Shown here in pieces: positions 40,503-48,895 of a stretch of 64,000 nt of DNA. The translations under genes and the position numbers were made by a program. Position 1 is the stretch's first letter. Each line of letters opens with the position of its first letter. The notes under the pieces are model-generated. The model was not told the origin of the DNA. It worked only from the letters and a program-made list of their open reading frames with translations, and did not search any database. This stretch comes from Bacteroidota bacterium (GTDB taxonomy: Bacteria > Bacteroidota > Bacteroidia > JAFLBG01), in the NCBI GenBank assembly GCA_017303975.1, contig JAFLBG010000006.1, positions 23,126 through 87,125 of the forward strand. Direction: 5' to 3'.

Positions 40503-41051
40503 ATGGAGGATATTAAGATTAACAAGAAACGCTTTGAGCGCATTATTTCACGAACTGAAATTACAATGGCTGTTGAGCGCGTTGCTTCAAAAATTAATAA
40601 GGATCTTAAGAAAAAGAATCCAGTTTTTGTGGTTGTTCTTAATGGAGGTTTCTTTTTTGGTTCCGACCTTCTTAAATTGATTAAGACAGATTGCTCTTAT
40701 GAGTTTGTAAAAGCAAGTTCTTACAAAGGTGCTAAAACAACCGGTAAGGTAAAATTTGATTTAGGATTTACCGAATCTGTTAAAGATAGAGTAGTGGTAA
40801 TTGTAGAAGATATTATTGATACAGGCACAACCATTGAAGCTATTTTTAAAGAATTAAAAAAGGTAAAGCCCAAACAAATAAAAGTAGCGTCTTTGTTGAT
40901 GAAGACAGAGGCTTATAAAAAGGATATTCCAATTGATTATGTGGGAATTAAAGTTCCGAATCGTTTTTTGGTAGGGTATGGGTTAGATTACGATGGACAT
41001 GGAAGAAATTTGCAGCACATTTATACAATGATAAATAGCAATAAACGTTAG
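40503..41051 (+). CDS. hpt: Hypoxanthine phosphoribosyltransferase
   Basis: PRPP-binding motif VVIVEDIIDTGTTI. Confidence 0.9.
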   Translation: MEDIKINKKRFERIISRTEITMAVERVASKINKDLKKKNPVFVVVLNGGFFFGSDLLKLIKTDCSYEFVKASSYKGAKTTGKVKFDLGFTESVKDRVVVIVEDIIDTGTTIEAIFKELKKVKPKQIKVASLLMKTEAYKKDIPIDYVGIKVPNRFLVGYGLDYDGHGRNLQHIYTMINSNKR

Positions 41052-41057
41052 TCAGAT

Positions 41058-41639
41058 ATGTTGAATATTGTTTTGTTTGGCCCTCCGGGAGCAGGAAAAG
41101 GAACTCAGTCGCAGCAGTTAATAGATGAATACAATCTTCTGCATTTATCAACGGGCGATTTATTGCGGTCTGAATTTGCTGCGGGAACGCAGCTAGGCAT
41201 TGAGGCTAAAAAATTGATGGACGAAGGCAAACTAGTGCCGGATGAAATTGTGATTGGGATGATTAGCTCTAAACTAGAGCATAATAAAAATGCCAAGGGG
41301 TTTATATTTGATGGATTTCCTCGCACTACAGCGCAAGCAGAAGCATTAGATAAATTACTGCACGATAAAGCAACTTCTATTACGATGATGCTTGCCTTAG
41401 AAGTAAGTGATGAAGAGCTTATAAAAAGATTGCTTCTAAGAGGCGAATTGTCTGGAAGAGCAGATGATAGAGACGAAACTACCATCAGAAGACGTATTTT
41501 GGAATACAATACCAAAACGCTTGTAGTTAAGCAATTTTACGAAAAACAAAATAAATTCCGTTCCATAAACGGAATGGGCACCATTGACGATACCTTTGTG
41601 CTTTTACGTAAAGAAATTGATAAAGCAACTGTAAGTTAA
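41058..41639 (+). CDS. adk: Adenylate kinase
   Basis: P-loop GPPGAGKGTQ plus the LID/NMP regions. Confidence 0.9.
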   Translation: MLNIVLFGPPGAGKGTQSQQLIDEYNLLHLSTGDLLRSEFAAGTQLGIEAKKLMDEGKLVPDEIVIGMISSKLEHNKNAKGFIFDGFPRTTAQAEALDKLLHDKATSITMMLALEVSDEELIKRLLLRGELSGRADDRDETTIRRRILEYNTKTLVVKQFYEKQNKFRSINGMGTIDDTFVLLRKEIDKATVS

Positions 41640-41670
41640 TTTGTAAATAGTTGCATAGTTTTTTACAGCA

Positions 41671-42300
41671 CTATTTATCATTCAAGCCAATACCATTTAA
41701 AATTTGTTGTTTGCATTTTTCAATTCTGTTTATTCTAGTTTGCGCTTGTTTGGGTTGGGAAAAATAAATGATATACCCCCTTTGTCTTCCCGGTGTTAAA
41801 GCGTAAAAAGCATTTTTTAATTTAGAATCTTTGTCGAATGCCTGTAAAAGCTCATCAGGTATAGGTTCTGGGTTTTTCTTGAATACAACTTTTTTCCCAC
41901 TCTCTTCAATTGCTATTGCCTCTAGTATATAAGATTTTAGTACATCTTGTAGCTTTAATATTTCATCTAAAGCCACAAATTTCACTAACCTATCAGACTG
42001 GAGATTGCCTTGTTGCGAGAGAATTTTATGTACATCTGTTAAAAGTACTCCTTTAAAAAAGCCGATTGAAGCATAGTTTTTTAATGCTGCTACTGTTACA
42101 ATGTTTTTACCATGGAGTGTGTACACCGGAACACCCCATTTTATTTCTTCTTTTAAGCCACATTCCAAAACAATTTGTCGGAGTGTTTCTAATTCTGCTC
42201 TCCAGGTGTTTACTTTACATTGCGCTGTTCCACCGTATTTGCAACGCATGCAACCATCAATAAGGTATTTATCTACTTGTGCATTTACTTCTATTTTCAT
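41671..42300 (-). CDS. DUF1801 / YdeI-OmpD-associated family protein
   Basis: N-terminal DUF1801-like half and a C-terminal YdeI-like half (FYALTPGRQRGYIIYFSQPKQAQTR). Confidence 0.55.
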   Translation of the reverse strand: MKIEVNAQVDKYLIDGCMRCKYGGTAQCKVNTWRAELETLRQIVLECGLKEEIKWGVPVYTLHGKNIVTVAALKNYASIGFFKGVLLTDVHKILSQQGNLQSDRLVKFVALDEILKLQDVLKSYILEAIAIEESGKKVVFKKNPEPIPDELLQAFDKDSKLKNAFYALTPGRQRGYIIYFSQPKQAQTRINRIEKCKQQILNGIGLNDK

Positions 42301-42396
42301 TGTGAGGTAATTGTTAGTTTATAATAGTATAGCACCGTGTCATTGTTACTGTTTGTGGGTTATTGGATAAGGCTATTACATATTCATCAGATTCTG

Positions 42397-42500
42397 CCGT
42401 TGTTGGTGTTATCCACCAACAACCTGATGGAATCTTAATCTAACAGCTTCAAATAACCCAAATTATTCCATAATGGAGATAACACGAACAGGGCTAAAGA
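42397..42500. repeat. Copy A of a ~100-bp palindromic interspersed repeat (left hairpin GTTGGTGTTATCCACCAAC)
   Basis: Aligns along its length with copies at 43021..43110 and 44971..45070, with high identity to copy C. Confidence 0.7.
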
Positions 42501-42514
42501 TATTCTAGAAATTA

Positions 42515-42973
42515 TCATTTTTCACAAAATTCTTTCAACTTATCGAGTGCTTTTGGGTAGGTCTGGTTCATATAATCTAAAAATTCTTCAGTGGTATCTA
42601 AGTCAACAATAACGGTTGTAGTTCCATTCTTTTCTTCGAAGGTGTAGTTTTCAAATCCGTTTGCCCATTTTTCCACTTCTGGTCCTTCTGTAATTTCCTT
42701 GTCAGCTTTTAAAAGACCATAATGTTGAATTGAAACAAATTGGTTGGGAATGTTTTCAACTATCTTAGAGACCATACCTCCCTTTTCACCTTTATCATCT
42801 ACTCCAATAAATAAAATTTTATTTCCCTTGTCCCAAGCCCCTTCATAGGTAGAGGTCGGGTTAAACATAGAAGTCCATTGTTCATAAGTTGATTTACTCT
42901 TAATGCCAAGCATAAAATCATATACCTTGGTTACAGGTGCATTGATGCTTACGTTGAATTGTAACTTTTTCAT
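42515..42973 (-). CDS. SRPBCC / AHSA1 (activator of Hsp90 ATPase-like) domain protein
   Basis: ~150 aa START/Bet-v1-like composition. The ORF extends to 43021, but the Met at MKKLQF is the likelier start. Confidence 0.55.
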   Translation of the reverse strand: MKKLQFNVSINAPVTKVYDFMLGIKSKSTYEQWTSMFNPTSTYEGAWDKGNKILFIGVDDKGEKGGMVSKIVENIPNQFVSIQHYGLLKADKEITEGPEVEKWANGFENYTFEEKNGTTTVIVDLDTTEEFLDYMNQTYPKALDKLKEFCEK

Positions 42974-43020
42974 AGTTTTAATATTTTTTATAATAATTTT
43001 TCGAATTGTTAATTTGAGCA

Positions 43021-43110
43021 TTTGTTCGACTTATCCACCAACGAACCGATGGAATTTAAATTAACACCTTCAAATAACATAAACAACTCTTTGGTAGTTG
43101 ATTTTTGTAG
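43021..43110. repeat. Copy B (more diverged) of the palindromic interspersed repeat
   Basis: Shares TTATCCACCAACGAACCGATGGAAT.TAA.TTAACACCTTCAAATAACATAAACAACTC with copies A and C. Confidence 0.6.
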
Positions 43111-43123
43111 TTGATTAATGAAA

Positions 43124-43468
43124 TTATTTTTTCTTCTTTTTTGATGCCTTGGCTTTGCTATTGAATACCAAACAAAGATTTATCCAGTACTCGAATTCTT
43201 TCTGGGTTTTCATGCCTGTGTTGTCCACCATTACATAGCCTTTCATTGGTCGCTTTGTAAAATCCATTGTTCGGCAACCTGTTTTTTCTATCGCTGCTTT
43301 GTGAAAGTCGGGGTCTATGCGGCACATCATTTCGCCTGCAATAATACCCACACACATTTTGCCATTATACATAAAGGTTAAACCTCCCATCATTTCTTTC
43401 TCTTGAATGTTGTGAAGGTCTTCAAGTTGCTCTCGAATGCGATTTGCTAATTTTTCGTTGTAAGCCAT
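43124..43468 (-). CDS. TfoX N-terminal domain protein
   Basis: 114 aa. The pattern LANRIRE.L.......EKEMMGGLTFMYNGKMCVGI.....MCR.DP matches the TfoX_N domain. Confidence 0.55.
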   Translation of the reverse strand: MAYNEKLANRIREQLEDLHNIQEKEMMGGLTFMYNGKMCVGIIAGEMMCRIDPDFHKAAIEKTGCRTMDFTKRPMKGYVMVDNTGMKTQKEFEYWINLCLVFNSKAKASKKKKK

Positions 43469-43477
43469 GATTTAGGG

Positions 43478-43864
43478 TTAATGAGTTTCCGTATACGATT
43501 TAAGTCCTGCAAAGAATTTTTTAATTCCTGCGTCCGATTGTTTGCGTAACATTAAACTGTCAAGAAACTTGCCCAGTAAACCAAACTTAACCGTGTATTC
43601 CATTACCTGTTTCACTTTTGTTTGGCTGCCAACTTTCTCGAAGCTGTAACTGTGTTTCAGTCCTGCGATTGGAAAAGAACAGTCAGTCAATTGATAGGTT
43701 AATGTTTCGTTTGGTTCGAATACTGTTACTTTTTCCTCGAACCAATTTTTGCCATCAAGCATCAATACTTTTCTTTTTGCATTTAATCCGCTTTTGTTTT
43801 CTGAAAGTGCAGTTGATTGTTTAACAGTTGGGTCGTACTTGTCAAGGAGTTCAATGTTTGTCAA
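43478..43864 (-). CDS. SRPBCC family (polyketide cyclase/dehydrase-like) protein
   Basis: 128 aa Bet-v1-like fold pattern. Confidence 0.55.
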   Translation of the reverse strand: MTNIELLDKYDPTVKQSTALSENKSGLNAKRKVLMLDGKNWFEEKVTVFEPNETLTYQLTDCSFPIAGLKHSYSFEKVGSQTKVKQVMEYTVKFGLLGKFLDSLMLRKQSDAGIKKFFAGLKSYTETH

Positions 43865-43930
43865 TGCTTCCCAAATTTTATCAACCGATGCGTTTATTGT
43901 TATTTCGTTGTGAATAGTTGCCTTATCAAT

Positions 43931-44389
43931 TTATTTTTCTGCTAAACCTTTAATGTTTGAAAGAATTTTTCCTTGTATCTCACTCATCTTTTTTTTCATC
44001 ATCAACGCATTCATAATTCTTACTAAAAGGTTTGCGGGCTCGTAATATGATTCATTTATGATTTTAGTTCGGTTCTCGTCTATCTTTTCAAGATAGAAGC
44101 AAAATCGTGGGTCTTTCAACATCTTACCCATTCCCATGCTATCGTTTTCAATAACCCAAACGGTTTTCTTTTCGTGAACCAGTTCAACTAATTTTTCGGT
44201 CATTGTACCTCGTTTGCCCCTGTTCTCCATTTCGCAAGTTCGTGTTTCGCCTTGTTTGTCCATTCGACCTGTGGCCGTTATAACGCCAGGATTTATTTTG
44301 TCTAAAAGTGTAATGTCGGTAATGATTGCCCAAACGTTACTTATTGGTGAGTTGATTAAGGCTTCGTTGTGTGCTTGCAATTTGCTCAT
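43931..44389 (-). CDS. SRPBCC family protein
   Basis: Start taken at the internal Met (MSKLQAHNEALINSPISNVWAIITD) because the longer ORF overlaps the divergent hxlR-type gene. Confidence 0.5.
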   Translation of the reverse strand: MSKLQAHNEALINSPISNVWAIITDITLLDKINPGVITATGRMDKQGETRTCEMENRGKRGTMTEKLVELVHEKKTVWVIENDSMGMGKMLKDPRFCFYLEKIDENRTKIINESYYEPANLLVRIMNALMMKKKMSEIQGKILSNIKGLAEK

Positions 44390-44481
44390 AATTTTGTGTT
44401 TTAAAATTTCACTTGCTATTTGAAAGTGCAAATATAAAGCAAAATACTTGTTATATGCAAGTGGATTTGTAAATTTGTGTC

Positions 44482-44898
44482 GTGAAGAAGAAAAAAATTG
44501 AATATCGTTCTGCTTGTCCAATTAGCACCGCTTTGGATATTTTAGGAGATAAATGGTCTTTATTGATAGTTCGTGATATGGTTTTTAATGGAATGAACAC
44601 TTATGGTGATTTTTTGAACGGTGGTGAAAAAATTGCTACAAATATTCTTGCCGACAGATTGATGTTGTTGGAAGCAGGTGGTATCATTACTAGACAAAAG
44701 CATCCTGAAAGCAAAGCAAAAATTCTATATACACTCACACCCAAAGGGATTGATTTGGTTCCAGCTTTGGTTGAGATTATTTCATGGAGTGAGAAATATC
44801 ATGATGTCCATCCTTATGCAAAGCAGTTTGCTAAACAGTTACGAAATGATAAGGAAGCTGTCGTTAAACAAATTATAGACGGTCTAAAAAAAAGTTGA
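44482..44898 (+). CDS. HxlR-family winged-helix transcriptional regulator
   Basis: CPISTALDILGDKWSLLIVRDM motif; 138 aa. Divergent from the SRPBCC gene. Confidence 0.8.
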   Translation: MKKKKIEYRSACPISTALDILGDKWSLLIVRDMVFNGMNTYGDFLNGGEKIATNILADRLMLLEAGGIITRQKHPESKAKILYTLTPKGIDLVPALVEIISWSEKYHDVHPYAKQFAKQLRNDKEAVVKQIIDGLKKS

Positions 44899-44940
44899 TT
44901 TTAGATGCGTGGTTTAAAGTTATATTGTTGTCTTAAGGTT

Positions 44941-44973
44941 GCCGAAAAAGGGTTCGGCCTCTTTTAGCCTTTG
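44941..44973 (+). terminator. Rho-independent terminator candidate (GCCGAA-loop-TTCGGC, then CTCTTTTAGCCTTTG)
   Basis: 6-bp GC-rich stem and a T-rich tail 43 nt after the hxlR-family stop. Confidence 0.45.
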
Positions 44974-45070
44974 TTGGCGTTATCCACCAACAACCTGATG
45001 GAATCTTAATCTAACACCTTCAAACAAAATAAACAACTCCATGTTGGTGATAACACCAACATGGGCTAAA
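44971..45070. repeat. Copy C of the palindromic interspersed repeat, with both terminal hairpins intact
   Basis: Left hairpin GTTGGCGTTATCCACCAAC and right hairpin CATGTTGGTGATAACACCAACATG are reverse complements of each other. Confidence 0.7.
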
Positions 45071-45259
45071 AATTACCGCTAACGGTTGGCTGCATTGCGA
45101 TGTGCTGGATTAGAAAGCACTTCACTGTCTGCTACCACAAATATAAATTAAAAGCATAATTGATTAAGGCAAATGTTTAGAAATAAATTTATACCGAATT
45201 AATAAACATTTGCAGCTTGCACAAAGCCCAGCATATTGCAAGGCTGCTGTTAGTAACAG

Positions 45260-45757
45260 TTATTTAATTGCTTTCTTAAGTTCTAATTCAAGTTTTTTAT
45301 AATTGTTAATTCGGTCTGAGAGAGTAATTTTTTCCTTGTCGAGCAAATAATAAACAGGTCTGCTTAGACCTCTTGGAGATATTATAAAATATTTATTTAT
45401 ATTCCCTTTCTTGGTATATGCATTACCCCAAGGTCTAACTGTGGTCCATTCAATTTTTAAATCTTCCAAACGTTTGATTTCTGGGTCGCAATTGTCACAG
45501 ATACATACCGCATAAATTTTAAGTCCCTTTGACTTATAGTCTGTGTATACATTTTTTAATCCAAGTATGTCATAAGATTTCATATAAAAAACAACTAAGC
45601 AATAGTCAGAATTAATTGAACTTAATTTCTTGTCGGCTCTTGTGGATATTTCGACAGCTTCAAAGTCAGGTGCTTTTTCTCCTTTTTTTAACAAAGATGT
45701 CTGTGCACTTATGTTAAAAAAAAGAATGAGTGTCGATATTAAAAATGTGAATTTCAT
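45260..45757 (-). CDS. Thioredoxin-fold (TlpA/redoxin-like) lipoprotein with a degenerate active site
   Basis: Signal peptide and the GEKAPDF motif typical of redoxins. No canonical CxxC is present (CICDNC instead). Confidence 0.35.
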   Translation of the reverse strand: MKFTFLISTLILFFNISAQTSLLKKGEKAPDFEAVEISTRADKKLSSINSDYCLVVFYMKSYDILGLKNVYTDYKSKGLKIYAVCICDNCDPEIKRLEDLKIEWTTVRPWGNAYTKKGNINKYFIISPRGLSRPVYYLLDKEKITLSDRINNYKKLELELKKAIK

Positions 45758-45800
45758 TTTGTCTGAATAATTGGTACTAACTAAAAGATAAACGCAAGTC

Positions 45801-45840
45801 TAATTGTAATTAATTGTAATTAATTGTAAGCATTTGTAAT
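45801..45840. repeat. Tandem direct repeat (TAATTGTAAT x3 plus a degenerate fourth copy)
   Basis: Seen directly, 44 nt upstream of the redoxin-like gene start. Confidence 0.6.
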
Positions 45841-45906
45841 TACTTGCTAACGTTTATTTTCTTGATAAATATACCTAATTAGTAACCCTTCCTTCTTTGC
45901 ATCGTA

Positions 45907-46542
45907 TTACTTCGTTTTTTTCGCAATTACCACTGTATGCACTTCTAACCCGGCATCATTTTTTTCATAATTTACTTTAAATATATTGGAAATAGAATAG
46001 CCCGCCTGCAAAAACCATTGTTTTAGTTGGTTTAAATTATGGTAATAAAAATACATTCTATCTCCACTGCTTCCTTTTTTAAAGCCCGATTGGGCATAAT
46101 CTCCTTCTACAAAACTCAGGTAAATGGTTCCGTTGTTTGCCAATAAATGGTTACAATCTTCTAGAAGTTTTATGCCATCTTCCTCCGATAAGTAAGGTAA
46201 ACAAAAGCCACAAACAATTCCATTAAATTGATTTTTAATAGTATTAATACTTCTACAATCCATTACACTAAAATGCGCACTCGGGTTATTTGATTTAGCT
46301 AATTCTATCATATTGGGGGCAACATCAATTCCTTCTAGTATAAAATCGGGGCGCTTCTTTAGTAAGTATTGAGTAATATTTCCTGGACCACAACCAATCT
46401 CGAGTATCGTAGGATTCTCTTCGTGTACTTCTGTGCAAAATGCATCGTATGTATAATTATAAATATCCAACTTCATGAATTTGTCATTGTAAAGTTTTGC
46501 TACTTTATTCCATGAAGCAAAAGTTTCGGTGTAGCTGTTCAT
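45907..46542 (-). CDS. Class I SAM-dependent methyltransferase
   Basis: Motif I LEIGCGPGNIT and a post-I acidic residue. Confidence 0.75.
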   Translation of the reverse strand: MNSYTETFASWNKVAKLYNDKFMKLDIYNYTYDAFCTEVHEENPTILEIGCGPGNITQYLLKKRPDFILEGIDVAPNMIELAKSNNPSAHFSVMDCRSINTIKNQFNGIVCGFCLPYLSEEDGIKLLEDCNHLLANNGTIYLSFVEGDYAQSGFKKGSSGDRMYFYYHNLNQLKQWFLQAGYSISNIFKVNYEKNDAGLEVHTVVIAKKTK

Positions 46543-46792
46543 TTGCGAATTGTATTTAGATTAACATACACTATACATGCATTGCAAGCTTCTAAAGTTT
46601 ATTAGTACGATCCTGTGTAATACAATATCGTAACAATAGGTAATATACCATTTTTAACTAGTTGAGCTGCACACTATTTACCCTTAGTTAAAATTTAGTT
46701 AAGTAGCACTTAATCTATTTTAGTGCAGTTTTATATTCCTTTTTCTTGAAAAAAACCAAAAAAGAACCTAAATTACAACTAGTATTTATTAC

Positions 46793-47125
46793 ATGTCAGC
46801 TCAAACTACTAAAATTGATTCTGCTATTATTAAAAAATGGATTGATACCAATTTAGAATTGGATGCCATTAAGAAAAGCATGTTAGCGCTTGAAATGGAT
46901 AATGAAAGCATAGAGTTGCATATTGCGCACTACAAAAAGACGAAAAATTCGCAACGGCAGTTTGTTGGTTTTATTTGGTTGGGCATTGGGGCTTTTATGG
47001 GCTTTTTAAGCTGTATTTTATCTATACTTAACCCTATTCCGGATTTGTATAATTGGATTTTATATGGATTTACAACTATTTCAATCATCTTAATTTTTGT
47101 TGGATTGTATTTCCTGTTTGAGTAA
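46793..47125 (+). CDS. Small two-TM membrane protein
   Basis: 110 aa with two hydrophobic helices at the C-terminus. Confidence 0.3.
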   Translation: MSAQTTKIDSAIIKKWIDTNLELDAIKKSMLALEMDNESIELHIAHYKKTKNSQRQFVGFIWLGIGAFMGFLSCILSILNPIPDLYNWILYGFTTISIILIFVGLYFLFE

Positions 47126-47162
47126 TCATTTTTTTGTACGTTAATTTTATAAAACAAGTCAA

Positions 47163-47945
47163 ATGAAGAAAATTGTAATTTTATTTTGCACGGCAATACT
47201 AGTGCTTCTTATCAACTCGTGTACAATAGAGAAAAGAGTTTACAGGTCAGGTTATTATGTTAATTGGGAAGCAAATAAGCCGATAAATAGCAAAATAGCT
47301 TTGCAAAAAGAAAAGCAAAATTCTATAAATGAAATTTCATTGTTTCCGGAAGCTACCACAAAGCATTCTGCCAATGAAAGCCCCATGGTTGCTTCTATAT
47401 CAAATAGTAAGATAGCTTTGTCCAAACAAAACTCTAGATTTAAAATTGTTGATGAGTGCGATGTTGTTATTTTAAAAACGGGTCAAGAGTTTAAAGCAAA
47501 AGTGTTAGAAGTTGGTCAATCCGAAATTAAATACAAGGCTTGCGACAATATAACAGGACCAACCTTTACAAAGTTGAAGTCAGAGATATTTATGATTAAG
47601 TATCCTAACGGCACAAGTACTGTGATGAATTCCCAAGAAAGTTCATCTACTTCCTCTGCTACTAGTCCTAGCTCTGATTATAATTCTCCCAACAATTCTA
47701 GTTCTAATATTGTTAATGTTAATGTAACAAATAATGTAGGTGGTAATAATAAAAGTTTTTTAGTTACAGTATTATTTTGGTTTTTCTTTGGATTGCTTGG
47801 TATTCATAGATTTTATTTAGGTCATTATGGTATTGGTATTTTATATCTTTTAACTGCAGGGCTTTGTGGTATAGGTTGGGTTATTGATGGCATAATGCTT
47901 TTAACCGGAGGTCTTCAACCTAGAAATGGAAACTATACAGACTAA
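47163..47945 (+). CDS. Lipoprotein with Ser/Asn-rich linker and C-terminal TM2 domain
   Basis: Lipobox LINSC. TM2 domain signature FWFFFGLLGIHRFYLGHYGIGILYLLTAG. Confidence 0.6.
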   Translation: MKKIVILFCTAILVLLINSCTIEKRVYRSGYYVNWEANKPINSKIALQKEKQNSINEISLFPEATTKHSANESPMVASISNSKIALSKQNSRFKIVDECDVVILKTGQEFKAKVLEVGQSEIKYKACDNITGPTFTKLKSEIFMIKYPNGTSTVMNSQESSSTSSATSPSSDYNSPNNSSSNIVNVNVTNNVGGNNKSFLVTVLFWFFFGLLGIHRFYLGHYGIGILYLLTAGLCGIGWVIDGIMLLTGGLQPRNGNYTD

Positions 47946-48258
47946 AATCTTTTTTGTGAAATACTCTTTTTACATTTTTTATTTTCTTGTACTGTTGAGT
48001 ATTCCATTTGTGTTGTTTTATTTGCCAAGCACGTTTTTTGATAACGGACAAACAATTTGCTTGTCGGTACTTTTATTTGACCAAACATGCATTGGCTGCG
48101 GGATGACCAGAGCCGTACAACACCTCATTCATTTTGATTTTAGCACCGCTTTTGATTACAACAAACTTTCAGTTATTGTCTTTCCGGTATTAATTTACTT
48201 ATGGATAAAAGAAATTAAACGGATTTTTATAGTATTAAAAAAAAATCGATTTGACTAA
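47926..48258 (+). CDS. DUF2752 family membrane protein
   Basis: CxxxxxxxCxGCGxTRA motif (CLSVLLFDQTCIGCGMTRAV). Overlaps the TM2 gene by 20 nt. Confidence 0.5.
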   Translation: METIQTKIFFVKYSFYIFYFLVLLSIPFVLFYLPSTFFDNGQTICLSVLLFDQTCIGCGMTRAVQHLIHFDFSTAFDYNKLSVIVFPVLIYLWIKEIKRIFIVLKKNRFD

Positions 48259-48295
48259 ATGTAGGTTAGTTTAGTCAACATTATTTTTGGAATGC

Positions 48296-48895
48296 CTACA
48301 TAATTTTTTTTATGATAAAATAAATTGCAACCATTCCAACAACTGAAAAAATCAACATCAGCAACATACTAGGACGCTTTGGTATAATTAAATTTCTATT
48401 TCCCATATTAGGATTATTTATTTTCATCACATCCTTTTTCCCTAACAGTTGCGTAAGCATTTCAATTTCTTGAACAAACGTTAATTGGTGTGTTGTTGTA
48501 TAATAATCGGCAGTGGCATCTAATTTTTTTCGAGTTCTACTACATAAATCAACTTTCAGTTTTCCGAATTTTGCATATTTCACATACATTATCCAGATTT
48601 CTCCCACCGCAAAAGACATTTGACAATCGGAACTACAATCAAACTGAATATCGACTAACGAATCCGAAACACCCTTAAAAAGCTTATCAATTCTAAACTG
48701 CACACTGCTTTTTGTATCGCACGAATCAACATAAACAACTTGCCCTTCAAACAATACATCGTATTTGTCAACTTCATTAATATCTAGTGTATTAATAGGT
48801 GGACATTCGCATGCAAAAGATGAAAAAAAAGTAAGGATGAAAAAGACAATGAATACAAATTTAAACTCCCGGCTCATACATCTTAATAAAATCAA
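48296..48895 (-). CDS. Hypothetical Cys-rich secreted protein with C-terminal TM anchor
   Basis: Signal peptide, 8 Cys, and a C-terminal hydrophobic helix. Confidence 0.3.
   Translation of the reverse strand: MILLRCMSREFKFVFIVFFILTFFSSFACECPPINTLDINEVDKYDVLFEGQVVYVDSCDTKSSVQFRIDKLFKGVSDSLVDIQFDCSSDCQMSFAVGEIWIMYVKYAKFGKLKVDLCSRTRKKLDATADYYTTTHQLTFVQEIEMLTQLLGKKDVMKINNPNMGNRNLIIPKRPSMLLMLIFSVVGMVAIYFIIKKIM

Noticed and set aside
41105-41515. 136-aa minus-strand ORF
   Set aside because: It is antisense within the adenylate kinase gene and is Ser/Leu-rich low complexity.
43158-43355. 65-aa ORF inside the TfoX_N gene in another frame
   Set aside because: It is an overlapping alternative frame of a supported gene, so spurious.
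42515-45260. Reading the SRPBCC/TfoX/HxlR island as a horizontally acquired defence island
   Set aside because: The gene content is stress or ligand-binding small proteins, not nucleases, ATPases or methyltransferases. The flanking repeats are short and no recombinase is present. I kept it as a repeat-bounded accessory islet only.
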